A DNA stretch of 64,000 nt from positions 1 through 64,000 of IMG/VR virus record IMGVR_UViG_2744054709_000002; one strand, 5' to 3'. Origin of the DNA: a virus. Taxonomy: Duplodnaviria; Caudoviricetes. The notes beneath the pieces are model-generated. The model was not told where the DNA came from. It saw only the letters and a program-made list of their open reading frames with translations, and did no database searches. This document shows positions 26,762-36,355 of this stretch, piece after piece. Every line of letters starts with the position of its first letter. The stretch's first letter is position 1. The translations under genes and the position numbers were made by a program.

Positions 26762-27982
26762 TCAGTGTGAACTGCAATTCGAAGAAGGCGCAGACTGTAT
26801 GGCACCGCTTAGAATTGCGCGCGCAACGTCACCACAGTCACTTGGTTCGCGATCAAGGTAAGCATATGCACCCTGAGAGGCACAGGCAGTGCACATGCCG
26901 GCGTCAATGAGTTTCTCGATTGCATCATTGGCGCGAATTTCTGTCTTGTGCTGTTCTGGATGGTCGAAATATAGGCTGAAACCCAGATCGTCAGGGTACA
27001 CCTTGGGAGCATGCACGACGTGGCAGTTCTGTAACTGGATGGTCCCCGCCGGGAACACGATGCCCCCATGTTGTCCATATGCTATCGGAGAGCCGTCTGG
27101 AGTAGCTTCAAGCAGGTTCAGATGATCTGCTTTCATGCCGACTTTGTAATAGTCATTGTTTTCAATAGGCTTTGTGATGGTTCCAATACAGCCATTGTCT
27201 GTTTCAGACGGGTCATCTTTCTCGTCGCTTATGAGAAAATAAGGCGAGAACGTATAAAAAAATTTATCGGACATAATAATATTATTCTTCACGGCATAAT
27301 ATACCATGTCTGTTGCTGCCTGTGATAATCCATTTCCGATTAGTGGCATAAAAACTTTCTTATTTGGCCCGACAGTAATGTATGAACTGTTTTTTATGGA
27401 TTTTGCGAACTTATAAGCATCGTCACCAAACAGTGTTTTTTCGTATAATGATGATACTATATTAGACTCTGTTGTAAAATTAGACCTTTTCAGGACGATG
27501 CTGTCATTTCCGATCTGAAGTATATGTGTTGGGTCTGAGGTCCCATTTATAAGAAGATTTATATATATTCCATGCAGGCCCTCAGAAAGAATATAGAGAT
27601 TGATTGGCCCAAAATGACCATGTAAAGCAAGGTCATGGGATTGAGACATCATCATGACATCCCAAAATCCCGTGCTTTCTATTACTCGGTCACCTTCAAA
27701 ATTTGTCTCGTTTATTGGGACTTTCATATAATACGGGACATAATTATTGAAGTGCATTTTGGCTTCAGGAAGGGGCCGAGGAATTCCTGGAACTGCAGCG
27801 CTGGAATGTCCCGATGCGGGTTCCTCGTGGGATGCGCGTATGTTGACGGCACCTGCACGTGCAGTCGTATGTTGCGCGGTCATATGTGTAGATAGAGCCG
27901 TCCACGACACATATGTCAGACCGCCTCCTGCTATGAGGCTGGCAGTGATGATTGCTGCGAATCTCATGGGGGACAACTGCAT
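26762..27982 (-). CDS. Membrane-anchored or exported hypothetical protein (low-GC moron)
   Basis: 406 aa; N-terminal hydrophobic helix; AT-rich core. Confidence 0.75.
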   Translation of the reverse strand: MQLSPMRFAAIITASLIAGGGLTYVSWTALSTHMTAQHTTARAGAVNIRASHEEPASGHSSAAVPGIPRPLPEAKMHFNNYVPYYMKVPINETNFEGDRVIESTGFWDVMMMSQSHDLALHGHFGPINLYILSEGLHGIYINLLINGTSDPTHILQIGNDSIVLKRSNFTTESNIVSSLYEKTLFGDDAYKFAKSIKNSSYITVGPNKKVFMPLIGNGLSQAATDMVYYAVKNNIIMSDKFFYTFSPYFLISDEKDDPSETDNGCIGTITKPIENNDYYKVGMKADHLNLLEATPDGSPIAYGQHGGIVFPAGTIQLQNCHVVHAPKVYPDDLGFSLYFDHPEQHKTEIRANDAIEKLIDAGMCTACASQGAYAYLDREPSDCGDVARAILSGAIQSAPSSNCSSH

Positions 27983-28124
27983 GGAGTTCAGCCGATCATC
28001 TGCAAGAGATACCGTGCATCAATCCTACCATCCATCGCCATGATCCATGTTCCCTACTGTTCTGATCTTCCGATATCACAGAACATTTCGGGAGCGCGTT
28101 AACAGGACGGCATGACAGGGATGC

Positions 28125-28325
28125 TTATGCTGGATGCAGCTTTGCTGCTTCAAGCCCTAACTGGAGCAGGCGACGAAGTGCTTCTGATCGCGTGATGTTC
28201 ATTTCTTTTGCGTAAGCATGAACGGCCTGCACCAGTTCAGCAGGGACTCTTCCCGAGATAAGGGGGTTGGTTCCCGTTGCTGGGCGTCCTCTTCTTTTTA
28301 CGTGCACGGTAATTGACGGCTTCAT
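28125..28325 (-). CDS. Ribbon-helix-helix regulator
   Basis: KRRGRPATG...ISGRV......V..YA.....TRSEALRRLL. Confidence 0.85.
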   Translation of the reverse strand: MKPSITVHVKRRGRPATGTNPLISGRVPAELVQAVHAYAKEMNITRSEALRRLLQLGLEAAKLHPA

Positions 28326-28408
28326 ATTTTATGTCTACGTAAAAAAACAGGCCGAAGCAAGGTTGCCCCCTTGCCCCGGCCCTAACCAACAGCAAGGGAA
28401 AGTACCCC

Positions 28409-29200
28409 ATGCCACCGGCTGATCATTTTCATAACATTTCCAAGGGGCGTTCGTCGCCCACCCTTTTTGACAGCATTGCGCCTGACACTGGCGATTTAGC
28501 TTCCCTTACTATGTCCAGTCGTGAGATCTCGGAACTGACTGGGAAACAGCATGCCCATGTTATGCGTGACATCCGTGCCATGCTGGAACAGGTTGGAGAG
28601 GGCCAATCCAAGTTTGGATCGACCTATCTCGATGCCCAAGGAAAGGCACGTGAGTGCTACAATCTCCCCAAAAACCTGACGCTCAACCTCATCACCGGCT
28701 ACCGGGCGGACATGCGGCTGAAAATCATCGACCGCTGGCTGGAACTGGAGGCCTCGACGTCGCCCATCCCGGACCCGCGTGTGCCGCGCACCCTGTCGGA
28801 GGCGCTGCGCCTTGCCGCCGACCAGCAGGACCGGATCGCGGCGCAGGCGGACACGATCGCGCAGCAGCAGGTGCGGATCGAACGTGACGCGCCCAAGGTC
28901 TCCGCGCTGGCGCGCATTGCGGGGACCGAGGGGTCGATCGATATGCGGCAGGCGGCGAAGAACCTGCAGGTCAAGCCGATCCTGTTGCGCAATTTCATGC
29001 GCGACCGGCGCTGGATCTACCGCAAGGGCGAGCACTGGCTGGCGTACCAGACCAAGCTGGACAGTGGCCTGCTGGAGCACAAGCTGGTCACCCTGCATCA
29101 GGAGTCAGGGAGGACGAAAATTGTGACCCGCCTGCGGGTGACCGCGAAAGGCATCTCCCGCCTGGGGGAGATGTTGCACGGATGGGGGGTGGCACGATGA
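28409..29200 (+). CDS. Rha-family regulator / antirepressor with C-terminal ANT (KilAC) domain
   Basis: MSSREISELTGKQH.HVMRDI, Y.D.QG....CY.L, P.T..EALRLAAD, APKV and VTAKG motifs. Confidence 0.9.
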   Translation: MPPADHFHNISKGRSSPTLFDSIAPDTGDLASLTMSSREISELTGKQHAHVMRDIRAMLEQVGEGQSKFGSTYLDAQGKARECYNLPKNLTLNLITGYRADMRLKIIDRWLELEASTSPIPDPRVPRTLSEALRLAADQQDRIAAQADTIAQQQVRIERDAPKVSALARIAGTEGSIDMRQAAKNLQVKPILLRNFMRDRRWIYRKGEHWLAYQTKLDSGLLEHKLVTLHQESGRTKIVTRLRVTAKGISRLGEMLHGWGVAR

Positions 29201-29559
29201 GCGCCGATACCACGATGCCGCCCGGCCTGCTGGCGGCGAACTATCCCCTCTCCTTCCTTGCGCCGCTGTGGACGCTGACGCAAGAGGCCGCGGCGCGGCT
29301 GGAGGCGATGCTGTCGCGCCCGGATGCAGAGGACTGGCGCGACGACGAGCTGACGCAGGTCTTTGCGGAGATGAAGGCCGTCGAGCGCGACATCATGGAC
29401 ACCGCATCGCCCACGTTCGGGGGCGTCATGCTGAAAATCGGCGTAGTGCGGGCATTGTCCCGCAACCCGGACTGTCTTGATCTGGTGCGCGATATGGTGG
29501 CATCGATTGAGGATGACATGCGGCGTCTGCTGGCGGAGGGGTCGGATCACGGAACGTAA
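29197..29559 (+). CDS. Hypothetical helical protein (paralogue of 59761-60072)
   Basis: ATGA-coupled to the antirepressor gene. Confidence 0.7.
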   Translation: MSADTTMPPGLLAANYPLSFLAPLWTLTQEAAARLEAMLSRPDAEDWRDDELTQVFAEMKAVERDIMDTASPTFGGVMLKIGVVRALSRNPDCLDLVRDMVASIEDDMRRLLAEGSDHGT

Positions 29560-29629
29560 CCCGACCTGATCCCCCTTCCCGCTTCCCCGCCACGGCGGGG
29601 GAGCACCCAGATACGAACAGGATTTCGAG

Positions 29630-30586
29630 ATGAACCAGATTATTGTTCCGACCCAGCCCGACACCGCCATCGCCATCGTGCCGTCCGCGCGCGCCCGCCG
29701 CTTCATCCTGGAGGCCGAGGCCCCGAGCACGCGCCGCGCCTACATGACCGACATCAACACCTTCACCACCTGGTGCACGGCGCGCGGGGTCAGCCCCATG
29801 CCCGCCGCGCCGGAGACGGTGGCCAATTTCATCGCCGATTCAGCGGAGCAGGGCCTGCGGCCGTCCACGATCGGGCGCCGGGTGGCGGCGATCCGTTACC
29901 TGCACCGGCTGGCGGACGAGGAAACGCCGACCCGGTCCGAACTGGTGTCGAAGACATTGAAAGGCATCCGGCGGGAGATGGGCGGCGCGCCGGACCGCAA
30001 GGCCGCCGCCACGGCGGATATCGTGGAGCGCATGATCGACACCTGCGATGACAGCCTGAAGGGGCTGCGCGACCGGGCGATCCTCGCGCTGGGCTTTGCC
30101 GGGGCGTTCCGGCGCAGCGAGCTGGTCGCGCTGCGCGTGGAGGATCTGTCGCGCACGGATGACGGATACCGGGTGCTGATCCGCAAGTCGAAGACCGACC
30201 AGGAGGGGCAGGGCCAGACCATCGCGATCCCGCGCGGCAACCGCCTGCGCCCCGGCCCGGCCATCGAGGCGTGGATGGCGGCGGCCGGGATCGAAAGCGG
30301 CTCCCTGTTCCGCCGCGTGCGCCGGGGCGGCAAGGTCGGCGCGCAACCCCTGCGCCCGGCGGCCGTGGCGGAGATCGTGAAGGAACGGTGCCTGCTGATC
30401 AACGAAGACCCGGCGCAGTTTTCGGGGCACTCCCTGCGGTCAGGCTTTCTGACCAGCGCGGCGCGCGCCGGGGCGACGATCTTCAAGATGCGCGACGTCA
30501 GTCGGCACAAAAGTCTGGAGACGCTGAACGCGTATGTGCGGGATGCGGATCTGTTCAGGAACCACGCTGGTTCAGCGTTTTTGTGA
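29630..30586 (+). CDS. Cre-like tyrosine recombinase (probable dimer resolvase)
   Basis: RDRA.L.LGFAGAFRRSEL, SKTDQ, SGHSLRSGF and SRH.S......Y catalytic residues. Confidence 0.93.
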   Translation: MNQIIVPTQPDTAIAIVPSARARRFILEAEAPSTRRAYMTDINTFTTWCTARGVSPMPAAPETVANFIADSAEQGLRPSTIGRRVAAIRYLHRLADEETPTRSELVSKTLKGIRREMGGAPDRKAAATADIVERMIDTCDDSLKGLRDRAILALGFAGAFRRSELVALRVEDLSRTDDGYRVLIRKSKTDQEGQGQTIAIPRGNRLRPGPAIEAWMAAAGIESGSLFRRVRRGGKVGAQPLRPAAVAEIVKERCLLINEDPAQFSGHSLRSGFLTSAARAGATIFKMRDVSRHKSLETLNAYVRDADLFRNHAGSAFL

Positions 30587-30601
30587 AAAGGAAGATAATA
30601 A

Positions 30602-31108
30602 ATGAATATTTCTGAATTGCGTAAAGCTAATGCCCTTGCTCTAGAGCTAGAGGAACTTGGTAGAGTGATTTATACATTTAGTCCCGGAGATCAGAAACTG
30701 ACGATAAATAATCTGCATATAGATTTTGATCCATACATGGCGTGCAAATTATTGATAAAAAAAATGGATTTGATTGAGGATGAGCTTAAAAAGCTAAGTA
30801 TCGAAGTTGGAAAAAGAGAATATTCCCCTTGGGTAGTAAAACAAATTATGGAAGAAAATATAACAAAAATCGAGAAGGAATATACAAAAGAAAAAGTAAA
30901 CGATGTATTTAAAGAATACAATGAAGCTTTATTTCCACCCCCCAGCGGGCATGATAAATTTGGAAGGCCGGTGTATGGCACCGTTACTAGCGCACCCGCA
31001 CCTTCTGGCGGAATTCTGCCAGAATATAGGGATATCATGAATAAAATATGCGAAGTTACGGGTGGAACTCCTACGCAGTTTGTCCTTTGGTATAAAGAAA
31101 ATAGATAA
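30602..31108 (+). CDS. AT-rich hypothetical protein (moron)
   Basis: 168-aa ORF filling a low-GC island. Confidence 0.7.
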   Translation: MNISELRKANALALELEELGRVIYTFSPGDQKLTINNLHIDFDPYMACKLLIKKMDLIEDELKKLSIEVGKREYSPWVVKQIMEENITKIEKEYTKEKVNDVFKEYNEALFPPPSGHDKFGRPVYGTVTSAPAPSGGILPEYRDIMNKICEVTGGTPTQFVLWYKENR

Positions 31109-31165
31109 ATTTATTAATTGTCTCGTCCATCGTTATGAGTGAATTATGTTAGATCGCAAAAAAAA

Positions 31166-31180
31166 TCGTGACGATATCCT
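31166..31180 (+). promoter_or_regulatory. Late-promoter box (TCGTGAcgaTATCCT), 21 nt before the helicase ATG
   Basis: Motif plus fixed spacing; no Shine-Dalgarno sequence. Confidence 0.75.
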
Positions 31181-31186
31181 GCCGGG

Positions 31187-34100
31187 ATGCAGGTATTCCG
31201 CGATGTGAAGCAGAGGCTGGTGCTGATCGGCACCAGCCTTCTCAAGGCCCTGGCTCCGGGGGAGCGGTGGCTGACGGTTCATCCCAACGGGCGGGATGAC
31301 AAGGGTGTGCACGTCCTTGTGCAGGTGCAGAAGGACGGCAGCGCCAAGGTGATCGGCGGCGCGGGCGGGGCGTTGAACCACCTGCGCCTGACCGGCGTGC
31401 GCAGCGAGGCGCAGTACCGCGAGGAAGCGGCCCAGCGGGCGCAGGAGCACCGCGCGCGGGAGAAAGAACGGCGCAAGGCCGACCGCGAAAAGGGCCTGAC
31501 CCCCTCCAAGGACGAAGCTACCCACGCCGTGCGCGCGCAGGAACGCGCGCATGAAGACGCGTTCGTCAAGCAGGTTGGCGATGCGCTGGGCTGGACCGAG
31601 GCCGAGACACGGTTCCCGGAGGAACAGTTCAGCGGCGCGACCGAAGCGGAGAAGACCCGGGCGCGCAACGCGCATGCGCAGATGCTGTTGTCCCGCGCGC
31701 GGGAGGCGGTGGGCATGCAGCGCAAGCGACTGCTGGCGGATGCGGACCTGCGGCGCAAGGCTGGGCTGGGCGAAGTGCCGATGGCGTCGGAGAGCGACCA
31801 GACCATCAGCATGCAGGATCTGGACCCGTCCGCGCCGTCGGGGGGCGGGCTTGGTTTCACCGCGCATTACCGCGACCGGGCGGAGGCGAACGGCCTGACG
31901 CCGGAGGGGCTGGAGCAGGAGGTCAACGAAGCGCGGGAGGCCTCCCTGCCCGAAGGCCTCCCGAAGGTGACAGCGGACCGGATCGGGCGTGAACTGGACA
32001 AGGTGCGCGAGAACCCGCCGCCGCTGAAGGCAGGGTGGGAGATTGACGGGAGGCGGGCGATCGACCTGCTGCGCGCGGAAAAGACCCTGAAGACGGCAAA
32101 GGCCGACGCGCGGAAAAAACTGCGCGAAATTTCCACGTCCGAGGCCCCGGTCGAGCCCAAGTCCTTCGTCATCGAGGCGCAGCCGGCCAGCCACGGCGCG
32201 GTGGCGGCGGACATCGAGAAGGACCTGCGCACCATCGGCACGCGGTCCTTCCTGAACGAGGCCAGCCGCATGGGCGGCCGGGAGGCGCTGGAACGCCATG
32301 TTGCATCCGGGGCCTACAACGCCATGAACGCCCTGTCGCTGGCCAGCACGGGCGCATCGCAGATGGACCGGTCCGTGGTGGACGTGCTGGGCATCGCGGG
32401 CGCGGCGCAGGTGCTGGCGCAGCGGATGCATGGCGACCTGTCGCCCGGGGACATGGCCGACGCCGCCACGGCGATGGAGAGGTTCCACACCGACCATTAC
32501 ATGGACACGTCACGCCGCGCGCTGGCCGATGCGCGGGAAATGCACGACCAGGCGCAGGCCATCGACCTTTCGCCCGCCATGGACGCCTCGGACCTGACCG
32601 TTGCGCAGGAACTCAACACGAAGCGCAAGGATCTGGTCAGCGGGGCGCAGCGCAGGCTTGGCACTGCCTATGGCGAGATGGAGGCCAACGCCGCCATGGT
32701 CATGGCCATGAAGCAGGGGCGCAAGGATCACGTCCAGGTGCCGATGGGCAAGACCTCCCTGGAAACCGCGATCGTGCAGCTGCATGCGCTGGGCCTGCAG
32801 AAGGGCGATTACGAGGTGGGCAAGGCGGGGGCATCCACCATCGTCACGCTGAACCGGTCGGGCATCGAGCGCCTGACGAAACCTGTCGATCCGCAGGATC
32901 TGGCGCATGTGCGCGGGGCGCTCGACATCATCGAGGGGCGGCACGACGAGGATGGATGGCTGCCCCATGGCGTGGCCAACCGGCCAGATATGGCGATGGA
33001 CAGCCAGCCGGGCGTGCTGCCGCGCCTGGCCGCGCCCTATGCCACCCCGGACGATACGACGTCGGTTGAGGGGCACGAGGCGGCGATCCGTTCGTTCATC
33101 GGCAGTCGTATTGCCGACGGGGAAACCCCGGCGAAGGCGCTGGCCGACCTGCTGTCGGAAACGACCATGCGGCGCGCGGGCGACCGGCAGGCCTTCATGC
33201 AGGCGCTGGGGCGGCAGGCCCCCCAGTATGACGCCGCCGGGAACATGGTCCGGGCGGAGGAGCATCGCCCCCGTTTCGAGGAAATGGCGGATGAGCATGT
33301 CGCCTCCCTCGGGGGGGCACGGACATCCCTGCAGCGTCAGAATTTCCCGGTGGACGAGACATCTGTGGATGCTCTGCATCGCGCGCTGGCGGAGCATCCA
33401 GACGGGGCGGCAGCGTTCAAGCCGATTGGCGATCTCACGGATGCGGAGCGGCGGGGCCTGCGTGCGCGCTTTGCGGAGGATTTCGCGCGCTCCGACCCGA
33501 AGGTGGCGCAGATGCGCGCGGATCTGGAGGCGCATGCCGGGCAGGAGCCCGAGCGCGAGACGCAGGACATGTTCGGCACGTCCGTCAATCCGCAGTGGCG
33601 TGACTGGAAGAAGGCGCACGACGAGAAGGCGGCCGTGCTGGACCGGGCCACGATGTCGTGGGGAAAATACAGCGATGCCATGGGCGGCCCCGCGAACGCC
33701 TACGCCGCCATGCAGGACGTGGCGCGCTCGCATGTGATCGGGCGTTTCGCGGACCATTACAACCGCCTGCGCCCCGATGCGCCGCTGGCGGTCGGAAAGA
33801 CGGTCATCGCGCACGACCTGCGCCATCTGGATGCGCTCGATCCCGGTGCGCGGGAACGGCGCATGGCCGAACACCGCGAGCGCATTGATGCGCTGCGCCA
33901 GCGCGAGAACGGGCGATATGCCGCGGGCGGCGTAGCGGACCGGCTGGATGCCGCGCGTGCGGCGGAGGAGGGACGCGGCGAAGCGCAGATGCAGTTCTTT
34001 GGTGCCGACGCGGCCCCCTCCCCTGTCGGTGCGGAGGGGCCGGCGCTTGGGGAACGGTGGTCTGTGGGTCATGCGGCGGAACAGACGATCGCACAGATGA

Positions 34101-35707
34101 TGCCGCATGTCGGTTCCCAGTTCCGTGCCGGGCAGCCGGTGAAGTTGTGGCGCCCGGACATGAGCGGACGTTTCGTCGGGCGGCAGCGGGCGGTCAAGCT
34201 GATCGAGCACAACAGGCGGGTGGTCGCCGGCCTGGGAGTGGGCTCGGGAAAGACCTCCATCGGGTTGGCGGGGTTCACGCATCTGCAGGGTCAGGGGAAG
34301 GCAAAGCGCGGGCTATTTCTGGTACCGTCCATCGTGCAGGGGCAGTTCCATGGAGAGGCCCTTACCCTGCTCCAGCCCGGGAAATTCCGCTGGCATGCGG
34401 ATCCGTCGGCAAACCGGGAGCAGCGGATCGCGGCCTATAAAAACCCGGACGTGCATTTTTCGGTCGTCACCCATCAGGCGTTCCGCGATGACGTCCTGCA
34501 CATGGCGGCGGGGCAGGAAGGCGTATCGCCTGCCGAGATCACCCAGAAACTGGATGGCATGGATGCCGACGGGCGGATGAATTACGTGCGCGGCGTTCTG
34601 GACCGGGAGGGCATCCACCACGATTACCTGAACGTGGACGAGGGGCATAACCTGCTCAACCGGGCAGGCAAGAAAAACTCCAGCCTGGCGAACGTGGTTG
34701 ACGCCGTGGCGGACAGCACCCCGTACTACGTCAACATGACAGCAGACCCGGTCAAGAATGACGCGTCCGAGGCGTTTGACGTGCTGTCGAAGATGGATCG
34801 CAAACGCTACGGCGACCGGGATGCCTTCATGCGCAAATACGGCGGCGATACCAGCGCCGCGCGTGAAGGCCTGCGGCGCGAGATGGCCCGCCACTTCTAC
34901 ACCGGGCGCATCGCCTCGGGCGTGAACGCCACCAAGACGGAGGAAGTCGTGCCCCTGGGCGCGGCGGAGAGGTCCCGTCTGGCGGAGGTCGAGCAGGCGT
35001 CGGCCAGGGCGCGGATCGCGCGCATGAAGGGCGATGTGGATGTGGAGGCGATGAAAAAGCTGGCGCCCGCCGCGTTCAGCGCGGCCGACGATGCCGACCA
35101 TCGCGCGATTGCCGAACGGATGAACCCCTCCATCGGGATCCTGCGCAACACCGCCATCATGCAGGCTTTGGGGGGCGAAGCGAAAACCAATCGCACCGTC
35201 ACCGTTGCGGAACAGCGTCGCGGCAGGCCGGGCGTGGTGTTCGCGCGGTCGCTGGACCGGGTCCATGACATCGCGTCACGCCTGCGCGCGGAAGGGCACC
35301 GGGTCGTGACCCTGACGGGGGCTGATTCCTCTGCCGAGAAGGACCGGAAAAAAAGGGCCTACCAGGCTGGCGAGCATGACATCATGGTTGCCAGTGATGC
35401 TGCGGCAGTGGGCGCGAACCTTCAGCGCGGGAAATGGCTGGCGCAGTATGACACGCCACAGACGGCAATGCTGCATGCGCAGCGCGACGGGCGCATCAAC
35501 CGTGTGGGTCAGACCAGTGATGTCGAACTGATCGACATCCTTGCAGATCATCCGGTCGAGCGCCGCAACCGACGGCGGCTGACGGAGAAATACAATCTCC
35601 GCGATATCGTGACGTCACCCCTTGAGGGGCTGGATGAAACGGGAATCGCCGGATACCTGCATCAGGCACGCTCCGAACGCCGCGATCATGCCTCGCGCGC
35701 GGCATAG
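31187..35707 (+). CDS. Large SNF2/SF2 helicase-domain protein (probable virion-packaged cargo)
   Basis: GVGSGKT, VDEGH, MTA.P, SDAAAVGANLQ and QRDGRINRVGQ motifs after a roughly 1000-aa N-terminal region. Confidence 0.9.
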   Translation: MQVFRDVKQRLVLIGTSLLKALAPGERWLTVHPNGRDDKGVHVLVQVQKDGSAKVIGGAGGALNHLRLTGVRSEAQYREEAAQRAQEHRAREKERRKADREKGLTPSKDEATHAVRAQERAHEDAFVKQVGDALGWTEAETRFPEEQFSGATEAEKTRARNAHAQMLLSRAREAVGMQRKRLLADADLRRKAGLGEVPMASESDQTISMQDLDPSAPSGGGLGFTAHYRDRAEANGLTPEGLEQEVNEAREASLPEGLPKVTADRIGRELDKVRENPPPLKAGWEIDGRRAIDLLRAEKTLKTAKADARKKLREISTSEAPVEPKSFVIEAQPASHGAVAADIEKDLRTIGTRSFLNEASRMGGREALERHVASGAYNAMNALSLASTGASQMDRSVVDVLGIAGAAQVLAQRMHGDLSPGDMADAATAMERFHTDHYMDTSRRALADAREMHDQAQAIDLSPAMDASDLTVAQELNTKRKDLVSGAQRRLGTAYGEMEANAAMVMAMKQGRKDHVQVPMGKTSLETAIVQLHALGLQKGDYEVGKAGASTIVTLNRSGIERLTKPVDPQDLAHVRGALDIIEGRHDEDGWLPHGVANRPDMAMDSQPGVLPRLAAPYATPDDTTSVEGHEAAIRSFIGSRIADGETPAKALADLLSETTMRRAGDRQAFMQALGRQAPQYDAAGNMVRAEEHRPRFEEMADEHVASLGGARTSLQRQNFPVDETSVDALHRALAEHPDGAAAFKPIGDLTDAERRGLRARFAEDFARSDPKVAQMRADLEAHAGQEPERETQDMFGTSVNPQWRDWKKAHDEKAAVLDRATMSWGKYSDAMGGPANAYAAMQDVARSHVIGRFADHYNRLRPDAPLAVGKTVIAHDLRHLDALDPGARERRMAEHRERIDALRQRENGRYAAGGVADRLDAARAAEEGRGEAQMQFFGADAAPSPVGAEGPALGERWSVGHAAEQTIAQMMPHVGSQFRAGQPVKLWRPDMSGRFVGRQRAVKLIEHNRRVVAGLGVGSGKTSIGLAGFTHLQGQGKAKRGLFLVPSIVQGQFHGEALTLLQPGKFRWHADPSANREQRIAAYKNPDVHFSVVTHQAFRDDVLHMAAGQEGVSPAEITQKLDGMDADGRMNYVRGVLDREGIHHDYLNVDEGHNLLNRAGKKNSSLANVVDAVADSTPYYVNMTADPVKNDASEAFDVLSKMDRKRYGDRDAFMRKYGGDTSAAREGLRREMARHFYTGRIASGVNATKTEEVVPLGAAERSRLAEVEQASARARIARMKGDVDVEAMKKLAPAAFSAADDADHRAIAERMNPSIGILRNTAIMQALGGEAKTNRTVTVAEQRRGRPGVVFARSLDRVHDIASRLRAEGHRVVTLTGADSSAEKDRKKRAYQAGEHDIMVASDAAAVGANLQRGKWLAQYDTPQTAMLHAQRDGRINRVGQTSDVELIDILADHPVERRNRRRLTEKYNLRDIVTSPLEGLDETGIAGYLHQARSERRDHASRAA

Positions 35708-35739
35708 TGCATGCCTCCGAAGCAACCCGCCACGACGCC

Positions 35740-35761
35740 TTGCTTGCAAGCTTGCAAGCAA
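35740..35761. repeat. Palindrome TTGCTTGCAAGCTTGCAAGCAA (variant of the TGCA array)
   Basis: Perfect 22-bp palindrome; related copy at 23046-23064. Confidence 0.8.
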
Positions 35762-35783
35762 ATCAGAAAGAAAGGCAGCACAT

Positions 35784-36065
35784 ATGACAGAGCGCAATAA
35801 CCCCACCCAGGCCGCAACCGAAATCAGCGGAATGCTGGGGAGCCTTGGGGAAAGGCAGGCACGGATCCGGGCGGCTGACCAGGCCATTCTTTCGGCGGCG
35901 CAGAACCAGCTTGTGGTCGTGGAGCGTAGGATCGAATCAGCCCGGATGGCATCCCTACTGAGCGATGAAGGCCGCGACAGGTTTCTGGATCTGATTCGTG
36001 AGAGAGGCAAACTGCTGCTGGTCATCGCGGACGCCCAGGCCGCGCTGGAGGCCGCTGGCACCTGA
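35784..36065 (+). CDS. Small helical hypothetical protein
   Basis: AAAGG RBS; 93 aa. Confidence 0.65.
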   Translation: MTERNNPTQAATEISGMLGSLGERQARIRAADQAILSAAQNQLVVVERRIESARMASLLSDEGRDRFLDLIRERGKLLLVIADAQAALEAAGT

Positions 36066-36094
36066 GGAATTGCCGCTTGTGTGGGAGGGGTAAA

Positions 36095-36132
36095 AAGAAA
36101 GGCGTCGGAATTTTCCTTCCGACGCCTTTCTT
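36095..36132. terminator. Probable intrinsic terminator, possibly bidirectional
   Basis: 16-bp perfect inverted repeat AAGAAAGGCGTCGGAA / TTCCGACGCCTTTCTT. Confidence 0.75.
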
Positions 36133-36161
36133 GCAACTTGCCAATCAGGCCGGAAGGGTGC

Positions 36162-36200
36162 GGCACCCAGGCACCCAGGCACCCAGGCACCCAGGCACCC
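36162..36200 (+). repeat. Tandem 8-mer (GGCACCCA) x about 5
   Basis: Read directly from the sequence. Confidence 0.95.
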
Positions 36201-36228
36201 GCGACTGACAGACATCCAGCCCGATAAA

Positions 36229-36254
36229 TTGCATGCATGCATGCATGCATGCAA
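36229..36254. repeat. Palindromic (TGCA)6 array
   Basis: Read directly from the sequence. Confidence 0.9.
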
Positions 36255-36334
36255 ACAAGAATGACGGCAGTGCGCCTCGCCGGAAAGGCATAAGGCTGCG
36301 ATCCGAGATGACCTTCCGGCTGGAATGACTCATA

Positions 36335-36349
36335 TCGTGACGGCAGCCT
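36335..36349 (+). promoter_or_regulatory. Late-promoter box (TCGTGAcggCAGCCT), 21 nt before the protease ATG
   Basis: Motif plus fixed spacing. Confidence 0.75.
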
Positions 36350-36355
36350 TGGGGC

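Noticed and set aside
29630-30586. Chromosomal integrase marking a prophage end
   Set aside because: Cre-like size and motifs, an internal position, and no att repeat or host genes alongside RepA and ParA favour a resolvase
31133-35266. Long minus-strand ORFs (454, 590 and 317 aa), and 47079-48968
   Set aside because: Antisense shadows of GC-rich genes with no motifs or RBS
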